A stretch of 64,000 nt of DNA from Myxococcota bacterium (lineage in GTDB: Bacteria; Myxococcota_A; UBA9160; JAFDDA01): positions 1,344,001-1,408,000 of the forward strand of contig OZ245817.1 in assembly GCA_965228475.1 (NCBI GenBank), in the 5' to 3' direction. The translations under genes and the position numbers were made by a program. This document shows, in pieces, positions 31,773 through 41,595 of the stretch. Every line of letters starts with the position of its first letter. Within the stretch, counting starts at the first letter, position 1. The notes beneath the pieces are model-generated. The model was not told the DNA's origin, made no database searches, and saw nothing but the letters and a program-made list of their open reading frames with translations.

Positions 31773-34619
31773 CTACGGGGTCAGTTCTGCGATACTCTCT
31801 TCCAGTACACCTAGGTAGCTCTCATCGGTTCGGGGGAGCGATCCTTCCCGCTTCATGCGAGCCGCGATCACGCGCGCTGCCCTGAACAGCTCAAGTGCCC
31901 CTGCTGGATCGCCTGCCCTTTGGGTTGCATTTCCAAGTCTCGCGAGAGAGATCCACAGATCTCTCTCGCCCTCGGCACTCTCGGGGTCGTGCATCGCGAT
32001 TCGTCGGGCAATCGAGAGGCTCTCCCGGTAGTGCCTAGTCGCGCCTCTCAAGTTGTTCCTTTCCAGCTCGGCGTCGCCGAGGTTGCTGTGAGAGACCGAG
32101 AGATCCCTTTGGGCCTGGGTGTTGCTAGGGTCGTTCGTTGCGATTCGTTCTCGAATCGCGAGGGCCTTCCGATAGTGCTCAACCGCGCTTTCGGTGTTTC
32201 CCATTCCGAGTCGGACGCTGCCAAGCTTCTCGTGTGAAATCGAGACGCCCCTTTGGGCCTGGGTGTTGCTAGGGTCGCTCGTTGCGATCTGTTTTCTAAT
32301 CGCGAGACTCTTCCGATAGTGCTCAACGGCGCTCGCGGTGTTTCCCATTCTGTCTTGAACGTTGCCGAGTCTGTCGTGTGAAATCGAGAGGTCTCTTCGG
32401 GCCTGAGCGTTCTCGGGATCGTTCGTTGCGACTCGTTCTCGAATGGCGAGGCTCTCTCGGTAATGCTCAACGGCGCTTTCGGTTTCTCCGGTTCTAGACA
32501 GCATGTCGCCGAGTCTGACGTGGGGAATTGAGAGGTCTCTTTGGGCCTGGTTGTTCTCGGGGTCGTCTGCTGCGATTCGTTCTCGGATTGCGAGGCTTTC
32601 CCGATAGTGTTCGATGGCGCTCGCGGTGTTGCCGGTTCTGAGTTGGGCGTCCCCGAGTCTGTCGTGGGAGACTGAGAGGTCTCTCCGGGCCTGCGCGTTG
32701 TCGGGGGCGTTTGTCGCGATTCGTTGAGCGATCGTGAAGCTCTCCCGGTACTGTTCAATGGCGCTCTCGGTGCTTCCGATTCTGAGTTGGACGTCTCCGA
32801 TTCTGTGGTGGGCGACCGCAAGGTCTCTTTGAGCGTGGATGTTGTCGGGGTCGTTTGCTGCGATTTGTTCCCGGATTTCGAGGCTTTGCCGATAGTGTTC
32901 GATCGCACTTTCGGTGTTCCCGGTTCTGAGTTGAGCGTCGCCGAGGTTGATGCGGGCGACCGCGAGATCTCTTTGGGCGCGGGCGTCGTCGGAGTCGGCC
33001 GTTGCGATTCGTTGGGCAATCGCGAGGTCCTCTCGGTAGTGGGCCATAGCGCCTTCGGTGTCTCCAACTCTCGTCAGGGCGCCACCGAGGTTTGCGTGCG
33101 AGATCGAGAGGTCCCTTAGGGCCTGGGCATTGCCGGGGTCGTTCGTTGCGATTCGTTGGGCGATAGCGAGGCCCTTCCGGTAGTGCTCGATAGCGCGCTC
33201 GGTGTTTCCGATTCTGAAGTGGGCGTCGCCGAGTTTTGAGTGCGAAATCGAGAGATCTCTTCGGGCCTGAGTGCTGTTGGGCTCTTCGGTTGCAATTCGT
33301 TGGGAGATCGCAAAGCCTGCCCGATAGTGTTCGATAGCGCTTTCAGTGCTTCCGTTCCTGAGTTGGGCGTCGGCGAGTTTGTTGTGGGAGAGCGAGAGGT
33401 CTCGTTGGGCTTGGGTGTCGTCGGGGTCGTTCCTCGCTAGGAGGTTGAAGCGAGAAAGAGCCTCTTCGAGCAGGGGTACCGCCGCGTTCGGATCGTGGTT
33501 GACCGAGGCCAGTATCACGTCGGCCTTCTGAAGGAGGGCAATCGCGCGAGAGCGCGCCGAGGCCGGCGAATCGGATCCATGGGTTTCCAGGGCGTTGACG
33601 ATTTCATCTACTTCGGCCATGACCGCCTCGCGGGGGCCGATAGGCACATACCGATCCAAGACTTCGGGCAACTCGAAGTTCAGGAAATCGAGGTTGTCGT
33701 TGACTTGGTCTAAGAGAGCGTTCGCCCTGTCTCGTTGGGACTCAGCTAGCTGATACTGCCTCCAGGCAAACGCGCCAGTCACCGTTGCGGTGAGAGCGAG
33801 GATGGTCATGGCGGTACCGATCCGGCGCGCCCGCTGGGTCTTCAAGCGCTGCGCGCGCAACTGATGAGCCTTGTCGCGTTCGGTCAGTCGTTCGAGGCTA
33901 ACGCCAAGAATGCCCGCGATGATCTTCAGGCGAGCCGTGTTGATCTGCTCTTCGTAGGCGACGGTGAGGCGTTCTGCGTCGGAGCGGCTTCGGCCCGATT
34001 GTAGTAGCCGTTGTTTGTAGACGTTGGGGTGGGTGAGCCCCTTGTGGCCGTCCGGGAGACGGAAATTCGCGGCTATGGGTTCTGTGGGTCGATCGATCCG
34101 GAGTTCGCCGTCTTCGCCGACCTCGTACTGGAGCGGTTTGGGGAAGCACTCGAGGGTGCGGACGTCCTCCGGGTCCTCTTCCTTCGCGGGATCGAGGGAT
34201 GCGTTGGGTTCTCCGAGGAGGAGGGCGGCCATGACCCGATCGAACTTCCCGGTGGCTTTGAAGTGACGGATTTCTTCGGCGACGTACTTCGATTGCACGG
34301 CCCGGGGGGAGCAGAGGACGACGAGGAAGCGGGAGCGGTCGAGGGCTTCGGTGATGGCGGAGGAAAGGTCTGCATCCGCCGGTAGCGAGACTTCGTCGCG
34401 GAAGACCGGATAGATCCGGTCGGGGATGATCTCGCCGCGGTTGTTCTTCGTGCCGACGAGCTCGGCGGGAATGTCGTAGATCTCGAGCTGTTGATGGAGC
34501 CAGGTCGCCCACTGTTGGTCTTCTTCGGTGTTGTCGGCGTGCCGGTAGGAGATGAACGCGTAGTAGAAGCCCGATGCTTCACTCGCCTCCGCGGGCTGCG
34601 AAGGGTTTCCGCTACTCAC
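31773..34619 (-). CDS. TIR domain - transmembrane helix - TPR repeat protein
   Basis: AFISYRH, VFRD, SRFLVVLCSP, YVAEEI (TIR); TM IGTAMTILALTATVTGAFAW; 11 x 48-aa TPR units. Start set at GTG 34619, overlapping the cyclase stop (GTGAGTAG). Confidence 0.88.
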   Translation of the reverse strand: MSSGNPSQPAEASEASGFYYAFISYRHADNTEEDQQWATWLHQQLEIYDIPAELVGTKNNRGEIIPDRIYPVFRDEVSLPADADLSSAITEALDRSRFLVVLCSPRAVQSKYVAEEIRHFKATGKFDRVMAALLLGEPNASLDPAKEEDPEDVRTLECFPKPLQYEVGEDGELRIDRPTEPIAANFRLPDGHKGLTHPNVYKQRLLQSGRSRSDAERLTVAYEEQINTARLKIIAGILGVSLERLTERDKAHQLRAQRLKTQRARRIGTAMTILALTATVTGAFAWRQYQLAESQRDRANALLDQVNDNLDFLNFELPEVLDRYVPIGPREAVMAEVDEIVNALETHGSDSPASARSRAIALLQKADVILASVNHDPNAAVPLLEEALSRFNLLARNDPDDTQAQRDLSLSHNKLADAQLRNGSTESAIEHYRAGFAISQRIATEEPNSTQARRDLSISHSKLGDAHFRIGNTERAIEHYRKGLAIAQRIATNDPGNAQALRDLSISHANLGGALTRVGDTEGAMAHYREDLAIAQRIATADSDDARAQRDLAVARINLGDAQLRTGNTESAIEHYRQSLEIREQIAANDPDNIHAQRDLAVAHHRIGDVQLRIGSTESAIEQYRESFTIAQRIATNAPDNAQARRDLSVSHDRLGDAQLRTGNTASAIEHYRESLAIRERIAADDPENNQAQRDLSIPHVRLGDMLSRTGETESAVEHYRESLAIRERVATNDPENAQARRDLSISHDRLGNVQDRMGNTASAVEHYRKSLAIRKQIATSDPSNTQAQRGVSISHEKLGSVRLGMGNTESAVEHYRKALAIRERIATNDPSNTQAQRDLSVSHSNLGDAELERNNLRGATRHYRESLSIARRIAMHDPESAEGERDLWISLARLGNATQRAGDPAGALELFRAARVIAARMKREGSLPRTDESYLGVLEESIAELTP
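31845..33428 (-). repeat. 11 tandem 144-bp (48-aa) TPR-coding units
   Basis: Consensus DPxNxQAQRDLSISHxxLGDxxxRxGxTESAIEHYRxSLAIxxRIATN; an identical 27-nt block recurs at 32107 and 32251 (144 nt apart). Confidence 0.9.
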
Positions 34620-36534
34620 GGGCGGCTCGAAGGTGGAAGAGACGTTCCTCGCCGGCATCCTTGGGAAGGGCGTGGACGCCGACGAACTCGAGGACCCATG
34701 GCGGCTCTTCGTTTCGGCCTTCCCGCCGACTCCTGTGGTCACTCTCGGTGAGCAGGTAGGCGAAGTTCTCGGAGGCGTAGATCCGGCCGCGCACGGTGAC
34801 GGGCTCGAGCCGCGCCGCCCAGTTGACGTGGCTGCCGAACCAGTCTTCCTGTTTGGAAACCGGGTCGAACCACTTCCAGACGGGCGCGGCGTGGAGGGCG
34901 ATTCGCATGTGGAGGAGATGGTCGCCGACCTGGACGCCGTCGGCGCCGCCGGTCGCGCGTTGAAGTGCCAGGGCTAGCTGTGCGATCTGCACGACACCAT
35001 CTTCGTCGGCCGAGGCGGAGAAGATTCCGTCTCCGATGGTCTTGATGAAGGCCGGGCGAGGGGAGATTCCGTTGATCTCTTCGGCGATCTTCTCCATGAA
35101 AGCGCCGAACTTGGGCATCTCATGGTCGCCGAGGCGGGAGAAGTGTTCGATGTCCGCGAAGAGCATGGCGCCGAGCACGCGTCCCCCCTTGCCGGGGGCG
35201 TCTTTTTCGGGCGCACGGTCCCTCGAAGCGGGCGGAGCCTTGGCGTTGGGGGCAACGCGCTCGCGGAGTTCCTTGAGGTCGATCACCACGGTGGGCGGTC
35301 CCGATTCGCCCGATCTCAGGAAGTCGGCGGTTCCACCAGCGATCGGCGGCGCATCGGGGTCGGCGACGCCGACCATCGTTGGGCGGGTGTCCGGGTAGCG
35401 GTCCGCGCGTAGCTGCGCTTTCCCGCGCAGGATCTGGTTCGTCACCGCGAACAGGAAGTCGTCGCCGACGAGGTATTCCTCGCGAGTCAGGTACTGGACC
35501 GATTCGGCGTGGCTCATCGCGGCACGGAAGCGGGGGAGCCACTCGTGGGGGACGCTCGTGTCGACGAAGTCCGTGTCGCTGAAGGGAAGGACCAGGTGGA
35601 CTTCGGCGCCGCGACGAAGCATGGCTTCGGCGAAGAGCAGGTCACTGCCACCGGCAGCCGAGCAGTAGCCGACCTTCGCGTTGAGTTCTTCGAGAACGGC
35701 ATCGAGCCGGGTAGCGACCGCCGTTTCGAGTTCGGCGTCCGGTGGGAAGCGCGGCGACTCTCGGCCGGGGAGATCGATCATGTGACCGGAGAAGGCGAGG
35801 ATGCCGGGGGGCGGGAAGAGTCCGATGAGGCGGTCGGGGACGGGGATGCCGTGGTCGCGGAGAAGAGCCAGCTGCTGAAGCATCGACCTGGACTCGGCGG
35901 GTGATACTGTCTTCTCGAAGGTTCTGAGGTACGCGCGAATGGCATCTTCGTGTTGTTCCAAGAGCAGATGCGCTTCACCCGCCGTAGCATCGGCCCAGTC
36001 GTCACGCGGTTGCGACCTGAGGGCCGTCAGCACCGCCTGCGCCAGTCGGCGGGCTTCCGGCCGATCCCCCGCAAGGGTCGACATCGAAGCGGCATTGATC
36101 CCGCAGTACGTGCCGCCAGTTGCCCGGAAGCCCGCGGCGTAGGCAGCCCGGCTCGCCAGCAGTTCGTTCCGGTCGCCACTCGTTCGCCAGACATCCTTGT
36201 GAAGCCGTCCCCGCAGTCCGAGCAGCTCCTCGAGGATGCCGAGTTCCTTTCCCACGAAGCCGGCGCCGGGCAGATCGGCATCGACGTGCGGGTCGGTGTA
36301 GTGCGCGATCCGCTCCAGCGCTTCCTGGGTGGCACCGGCGTTCGCGAGCGCCAGGCCGTGGAGGTGGGCGAGTACGTGGGAGTCGCCGAAGATGTAGAGC
36401 GCACGCCGTGCCAGGTCGATCGCGGCGAAGTGCTGGCCGGCGTCGTGGAGGCGGCGGATCTCCGAGAGCCATTCTCGGGGGCTCCAGCTCCCGGTGGCGG
36501 ACTCTGGTGAGCGGGGGGGCTCGTCACGCTTCAT
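34612..36534 (-). CDS. TPR-S (MAP3K TRAF-binding/DUF4071-like) + SLOG-like + class III adenylate cyclase protein
   Basis: GLRGRLHKD...Y..GF...YCGINAA (TPR-S-like); FSGHMID...RFP...SAAGGSDLLFAE...VLPF (SLOG-like); LFADI, KTIGDG, RIALH, DWFGSHVNWAARLE (cyclase). Confidence 0.82.
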   Translation of the reverse strand: MKRDEPPRSPESATGSWSPREWLSEIRRLHDAGQHFAAIDLARRALYIFGDSHVLAHLHGLALANAGATQEALERIAHYTDPHVDADLPGAGFVGKELGILEELLGLRGRLHKDVWRTSGDRNELLASRAAYAAGFRATGGTYCGINAASMSTLAGDRPEARRLAQAVLTALRSQPRDDWADATAGEAHLLLEQHEDAIRAYLRTFEKTVSPAESRSMLQQLALLRDHGIPVPDRLIGLFPPPGILAFSGHMIDLPGRESPRFPPDAELETAVATRLDAVLEELNAKVGYCSAAGGSDLLFAEAMLRRGAEVHLVLPFSDTDFVDTSVPHEWLPRFRAAMSHAESVQYLTREEYLVGDDFLFAVTNQILRGKAQLRADRYPDTRPTMVGVADPDAPPIAGGTADFLRSGESGPPTVVIDLKELRERVAPNAKAPPASRDRAPEKDAPGKGGRVLGAMLFADIEHFSRLGDHEMPKFGAFMEKIAEEINGISPRPAFIKTIGDGIFSASADEDGVVQIAQLALALQRATGGADGVQVGDHLLHMRIALHAAPVWKWFDPVSKQEDWFGSHVNWAARLEPVTVRGRIYASENFAYLLTESDHRSRREGRNEEPPWVLEFVGVHALPKDAGEERLFHLRAARE

Positions 36535-36597
36535 CGCACCGTTCCTCGCGCGGTTGCGCGACCACTATACAAGGAGCGGAGTCGCTGCGGGGCGCTC

Positions 36598-39264
36598 TCA
36601 GGCGTCGGCGTCGGCCTCGCGCCCCGGCGGCCAGCGGTCGATCAGCGCTGGCAGGACCACCAGGTTCGAGACCAGCATGCAGAGCATGCCGATCGTCAGC
36701 ATCTTGCCGAGGCTCGACATGGCGACGTGGCTCGAGAAGGCAAGGGCGCCGAAGCTGACGATGGTGGTGGTGGCGCTGTAGAGGACGGCGCGGGCCGTCG
36801 TGCTCGAGAGCAGCGCGATCTGTTGGCCGGTCTGGCGGCGCAGCGCTCCTCGCTGGACGAGGTGGATCCCGCTGTCGACCCCGGCGCCGAGCAGCAGCGG
36901 GATCACGAGCACGTTGCCGAAGTTGAAGGGGATGTCCGCCGCCGCCATGATCGCCACGGTTCCCCCGGCGCCGAGCAACAGCGGCGCCAGGACGAGGAGC
37001 GGCTCGCGGACGCGTTGCCACAGCAAGACGAGCAGGATGGCGATCGAAACCAGCGCGAGGGTCAGGGCCTGCTCGAAGCTGTCGATGGTCGCGCGCGCGA
37101 ATCCGATCACGTTCGGCGCCATGCCCGTGGCGTCGGGCGCGACCTTCTCGACCTCTTCGACGAAGCGCTCGAGGGCGCCGGGTTCGAAGAGATCTTCGGC
37201 CGGATAGGCGGCGACGCGCACGCGCCCGTCGTTCGCCACCTGACGATCGACGATCTCGGGAGGCAGCCCTTCGAGGGTGATCTCGTCGGGGAGGAGCGCA
37301 TTTCGCAGGCGGTCGAGGTGGCGGGGGAGCGGGCCGAGGGTCAGCTGCTGGAGCTGTTCGAGGGAGCCGCCGAGTTCGCCGCGCTCGCGGGCTTCGGACA
37401 GGAACCCCTCCAGCGTGTCGGCGAGCTCCCGCATCTCTGCCCGGACCGCCGGGTCGCCCGGGCGCGCGGCTTCCGTCCGCAGGGCCTCGACGACGCGGCG
37501 GATGCCGTCTTCCTGCTCCGCGGTGGTGTGGCTCGGCGGCGCCTCTTCGGCGGCGAAGCCCCGGTCGAGCAGGAAGGCCAGATCTTCGAGGATCGCGATC
37601 TTGTCTTCCTGGTCCTCGGGCACGAAGCGGCCGAGGGTGAGGCTGCTGTCGACCACGTCGAGGGACTCGAGTTTCTTCGCCAGGGCCTCGGCTTCCTCCG
37701 CGTTGGCGGCGAGGGCGTCGGCGACGAGGGGGGAGAGCTGGTTCCGCATCTCCATCAGGTCGGTGACGGCCTGGATGGACTCGGCGCTCGGGTCGCGCAG
37801 GCCGAAGACCATCGGGTCGAAGGTCGCGCGCGGGAGCAGGGCGGCGATCGCGACGGCGGCGACCAGTGCGAGGCGCCGGATCCACACGCTCCGCGCCTCG
37901 AGCCAGTGGGACCACCCGACCGGCAGCCCGAGCGGTTCGTCTTCGCTGCCGGCCGGAAGCCGCAGCCCCTTGGTGAGGAGCGCCGGCAGCAGGGTGAGCG
38001 TGAGGAAGAAGATGATGATCATCGCCGTGCCGGCGATCAGGCCGAGCTCCGCGATTCCCGTATAGGGAGCCGGCACGAAGACGAAGAATCCGATCGCCGT
38101 CGTGACCGTGCAGATCAGGAGCGACGGACCGATCTCGCGGGTGGCTTCGGCGAGGCTGTCGGCGTGGCTGAACCCCTGCCGACGCTCCGACGTGTAGGCC
38201 AGGCCGAGGTGGATCCCGAAGTCGATGCCGAGCCCGATGAAGAGGATCCCGAAGGAGAGGGAGGGCAGGGTGAGGTCGCCGACGACGGCGCCCGCCGCGG
38301 CGGCTGCCCAGATGAGGCCGGTCAGGAGCGTCACGGTCGTCGCGGCGAGCATCTGCCAGGAGTGGAAGGCCCGCCAGAGTACGAACATGACCAGGAAGAA
38401 GCAGAAGATGCCGCCGATGAAGACGTCCCAGACGAAGTGGACGAGCTCCTCGAGGTTGATCGCCGCGTTGCCGGTGATGCGGATCGTCGCGCGGCCAGCG
38501 GCCGCCTCGTTGGCCTCGCTGCGGATGGCCGCCATCGCCTCCTGGACTTCGCCGAGCTTCGTGAAGTCGATGACCGGCTCGACGAGGACGAGCGCGCGGT
38601 TGGCGACGGGCCGGTCGAGATCCTGGAGCAGCAGGCTCTCCCACTGGACCTCGCGCGGGTCGCGTTCCGCGTGGATGGCGCGGGTCGTCTGGGAAAGCGC
38701 TTCGAACAGGGAGACCCACGGCGCGTCCGCTTCCTGGGTGCCGAAGAGATCCTGGCCCTGGGCTTCGTCGATCAACGCCGCCATCTGGGCGAAGCTCGGG
38801 TCGCGCTCGAGCTCCGCGATCAGCGGCTGGAGCTGCGTCAGCTGGTCGGCGAACTTCTCGAGCTCCTCGACGCTCAGGTAGAGGAGCCCGTTCTTCTCGA
38901 AGAAGTCGCCGAGCCCCGGTGCGTAGACGTGGCGGTAGCGCTCCGGCTCCGCGGCGAAGCGGTCGCGGATGGCGACCGCGGCGTCGCGCGCGAGCTCCGG
39001 GTTCTCGGCGTCCACGACGACGAGCGTCGTGTGGTCGATGATCGGGAAGAGCTCCGCGAACTCCAGGTAGAGCTGCTGCGATCGGACCTTCGCGCTGACC
39101 TGCTCGACGGTGTCCGCGTTCAATCCCACCGTCGCGACGGCGTAGGCGGCACACGCCACCGTCACGATCGCAGCGGCCCAGAGCACCTGCGAGGCGCGGG
39201 CTTCCACGCGGAGGACCCAGCGCACGAGTTGGCGTCGGAGCACCGGCTCCAGGCGATGGCTCAA
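36598..39264 (-). CDS. hpnN: MMPL/RND transporter, hopanoid transporter HpnN-like
   Basis: Two RND halves; FFEKNGLLYL, GLGIDFGIH, TTAIGF, GAGVDSGIH. TTG start with a GAGGAG RBS. Confidence 0.8.
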   Translation of the reverse strand: MSHRLEPVLRRQLVRWVLRVEARASQVLWAAAIVTVACAAYAVATVGLNADTVEQVSAKVRSQQLYLEFAELFPIIDHTTLVVVDAENPELARDAAVAIRDRFAAEPERYRHVYAPGLGDFFEKNGLLYLSVEELEKFADQLTQLQPLIAELERDPSFAQMAALIDEAQGQDLFGTQEADAPWVSLFEALSQTTRAIHAERDPREVQWESLLLQDLDRPVANRALVLVEPVIDFTKLGEVQEAMAAIRSEANEAAAGRATIRITGNAAINLEELVHFVWDVFIGGIFCFFLVMFVLWRAFHSWQMLAATTVTLLTGLIWAAAAAGAVVGDLTLPSLSFGILFIGLGIDFGIHLGLAYTSERRQGFSHADSLAEATREIGPSLLICTVTTAIGFFVFVPAPYTGIAELGLIAGTAMIIIFFLTLTLLPALLTKGLRLPAGSEDEPLGLPVGWSHWLEARSVWIRRLALVAAVAIAALLPRATFDPMVFGLRDPSAESIQAVTDLMEMRNQLSPLVADALAANAEEAEALAKKLESLDVVDSSLTLGRFVPEDQEDKIAILEDLAFLLDRGFAAEEAPPSHTTAEQEDGIRRVVEALRTEAARPGDPAVRAEMRELADTLEGFLSEARERGELGGSLEQLQQLTLGPLPRHLDRLRNALLPDEITLEGLPPEIVDRQVANDGRVRVAAYPAEDLFEPGALERFVEEVEKVAPDATGMAPNVIGFARATIDSFEQALTLALVSIAILLVLLWQRVREPLLVLAPLLLGAGGTVAIMAAADIPFNFGNVLVIPLLLGAGVDSGIHLVQRGALRRQTGQQIALLSSTTARAVLYSATTTIVSFGALAFSSHVAMSSLGKMLTIGMLCMLVSNLVVLPALIDRWPPGREADADA

Positions 39265-39312
39265 GCGCTTCTCCTCGGTCCATGCTCCGACTGACGGCTC
39301 AAACGGTCCTCC

Positions 39313-41007
39313 TCAGTCCGCCCGGAAGACGGTCTTGCCGCCGACGAGCGTCTCGAGAACGCGGATGTCGGCGATCGTCTCCGGGGCCGCCTCGAGCGGA
39401 TTCTCGGAGAGGATCACGAGATCCGCGAGCTTCCCGGCTTCGATCGATCCCTTCCGGGTTTCTTCGAAGTGCTGGAACGCCGCGTCGATCGTCACCGCGC
39501 GCAGGGCCTGCTCGACGGAGATTCGCTCGGCCTCCCCGACGACGAAGCCGCTGCGCGTCGTCCGGTTGACGGCGGCATGGACCAGCCGAAGCGGCTCCAT
39601 CGGGACGACCGGGGCGTCGCAGTGGATCGTGAAGCGGACGCCGCGGGCGAGGGCGCTCGCGGCGGGGCTCATGCGCGCCGCGCGTTCTTCGCCCATGAAC
39701 AGGCGCCGATGCCGGTCGCCCCAGTAGTAGGTGTGCAGGCTGAAGAAGCTCGGGATGACGTCGAGGCTCGCCATGCGGTCGAGCTGGTCTTCGCGGGCCA
39801 TCTGCGCGTGGATCACGACGGGCCGCGCGTCCGCACGCGGGTGCCGGGCGAGGGCGGCCTCGAAGGCGTCGAGGATGTCGTCGATGCTCGCGTCGCCGTT
39901 GCCGTGGACCGCGACCTGCATGCCCGCCGCGTGGTAGCGCTCGACCATCTGGAGGAGCGCCTCGCGCGGGATGCGCGGGTAGCCCCGGTACTCCGGGTCG
40001 TCGCCCGGCGGCACGGCGTAGGGCTCCGAGAGGTAGCCGGTGTAGCCCTGGATGGAGCCGTCGGCGACGAGCTTCACCGCGCCGAGCCGCACCCGGTCTT
40101 CGTCCGGCGAGCGGAAGCTGAACTCGCCGGCCAGGATCTCGTCGGCGGTTTCCTGGTCGGGCCATGCGACGACGCGGATGTCGAGCTGCCGCAGCCGTGC
40201 GAGCCAGCCGAGGGCGCGGATCTGGAGCTTCGGCGCGTGGCCGTTCTGGGCGGTGGTGACGCCCGCTGCCAGGTAGCGCTCCGTCGCCTCTTTCAGGATG
40301 GCGAGGGCCTCGCGCGGCTCCGGTTCGAGCACCAGCGCCTCGACGCCGTGCATCGCCTCTTCTTCGAGGACGCCGTTGGGCGCGCCGTCGGGTCCGCGCT
40401 GGATGACGCCGCCCTCGGGGTCCGGCGTGTCGGCGCCGATCCCGAGCTCCCGCAGTGCGAGGCTGTTCACCACGGCGAGATGCCCCGAGACGTGGATCGC
40501 GACGACGGGGCGCGTGGTGGAGGCGCGGTCGAGATCGTGGCGGGTCGGATGCCGGCTCTCGACGATCAGGGTGTCGTCGTAGCCCATGCCGACCACCCAC
40601 TCGCCTTCCGGCGTCGCGTCGGCCCGCTCACCGAGCAGCAGGACGAGATCCTGGAGGTCGTCGACCTCGGCCATCGGCGGACTGCGCAGGTCCACCACGG
40701 TCGACCAGATGCCTTCGCCCGGAAAGTGGCCGTGGGCGTCGATGAAGCCCGGAAGGAGGGTGCGGCCGCCGAGGTCGACGATGCGCGCTCCCTCACCGGC
40801 CCACGCGCGGACGTCGGCCGCGCTTCCGACCCGCGCGATCTCGTCCCCCTCGATGCCCAGCGCCTCGGCGACCGTTCCCTCGGCATCGAGCGTCACGACC
40901 GGCCCGCCGACGTAGACCGTGCGCTCGGGGCTGCAGGCCACCGCGAACGTCGCGAGAGCGAGGAGGGCCGCGGCCTGGCGGATGCGGGGGATGCGCGAAC
41001 TCGACAT
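39313..41007 (-). CDS. Amidohydrolase (YtcJ-like), probable lipoprotein
   Basis: FAVAC lipobox, PGFIDAHGH, KLVADGS, HGNGD, IHAQ, GKLADLVIL. Confidence 0.9.
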   Translation of the reverse strand: MSSSRIPRIRQAAALLALATFAVACSPERTVYVGGPVVTLDAEGTVAEALGIEGDEIARVGSAADVRAWAGEGARIVDLGGRTLLPGFIDAHGHFPGEGIWSTVVDLRSPPMAEVDDLQDLVLLLGERADATPEGEWVVGMGYDDTLIVESRHPTRHDLDRASTTRPVVAIHVSGHLAVVNSLALRELGIGADTPDPEGGVIQRGPDGAPNGVLEEEAMHGVEALVLEPEPREALAILKEATERYLAAGVTTAQNGHAPKLQIRALGWLARLRQLDIRVVAWPDQETADEILAGEFSFRSPDEDRVRLGAVKLVADGSIQGYTGYLSEPYAVPPGDDPEYRGYPRIPREALLQMVERYHAAGMQVAVHGNGDASIDDILDAFEAALARHPRADARPVVIHAQMAREDQLDRMASLDVIPSFFSLHTYYWGDRHRRLFMGEERAARMSPAASALARGVRFTIHCDAPVVPMEPLRLVHAAVNRTTRSGFVVGEAERISVEQALRAVTIDAAFQHFEETRKGSIEAGKLADLVILSENPLEAAPETIADIRVLETLVGGKTVFRAD

Positions 41008-41079
41008 GCGCGGAGCTTAGACGACTCCCCGCAGCTGCGGGCCCCGGCGTCCGGCCTCGGGGGCGCTAGCCTCGCGGCC

Positions 41080-41595
41080 ATGGACGACCACGGGCCGAAG
41101 GTCCTCTTCCTCTGCACCGGGAACTCGGCGCGAAGCATCCTGGCCGAGGTGCTCCTGCGCGACCGGGCCGCCGGCCGGCTGCGGACCTGCAGCGCCGGGA
41201 GCCGGCCCGCGGGCCGCGTTCACCCGGAGGCGCTCGCCTGCCTCGAACGCCACGGGCACGCCACCGGCGGCCTGCGCAGCAAGAGCTGGGACGAATTCGC
41301 GGAGGGGGAGCCCGTCGACTTCGTGATCACGGTGTGCGGAAACGCCGCGGGCGAGACCTGTCCGGTGTGGCCCGGCCGGCCCCTCGGCGGACACTGGGGG
41401 CTTCCCGACCCTGCCGCGGCAGCGCCGGAAGAGCAGGGCGGCGCCTTCGAGCGGACCTACCGTGCCCTCGAAGCGCGCATCGACCGGTTCCTCGCCCTTC
41501 CGCTCGAAGCTCCGTCCGACCCCGCGGCCCTGAGGGTCGAAATCGAGAAGATCGGATCGCTCGAGCTCCCCGAGGGGGCGCCGGAAGGGGCCTAG
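41080..41595 (+). CDS. arsC: Arsenate reductase ArsC (LMW-PTP fold)
   Basis: VLFLCTGNSARS, SAGS, SKSWDEF, ITVC...ETCPVWPG, HWGLPDPA. Confidence 0.88.
   Translation: MDDHGPKVLFLCTGNSARSILAEVLLRDRAAGRLRTCSAGSRPAGRVHPEALACLERHGHATGGLRSKSWDEFAEGEPVDFVITVCGNAAGETCPVWPGRPLGGHWGLPDPAAAAPEEQGGAFERTYRALEARIDRFLALPLEAPSDPAALRVEIEKIGSLELPEGAPEGA

Noticed and set aside
31845..33428. Regular repeats as a CRISPR array
   Set aside because: 144-bp in-frame degenerate coding repeats without unique spacers; no cas genes.
31773..36534. Assignment as canonical Pycsar, Thoeris or CBASS
   Set aside because: The cyclase has ATP-type specificity residues, the TIR partner has no cNMP or SAVED domain, and there is no SIR2/Macro effector or CD-NTase.
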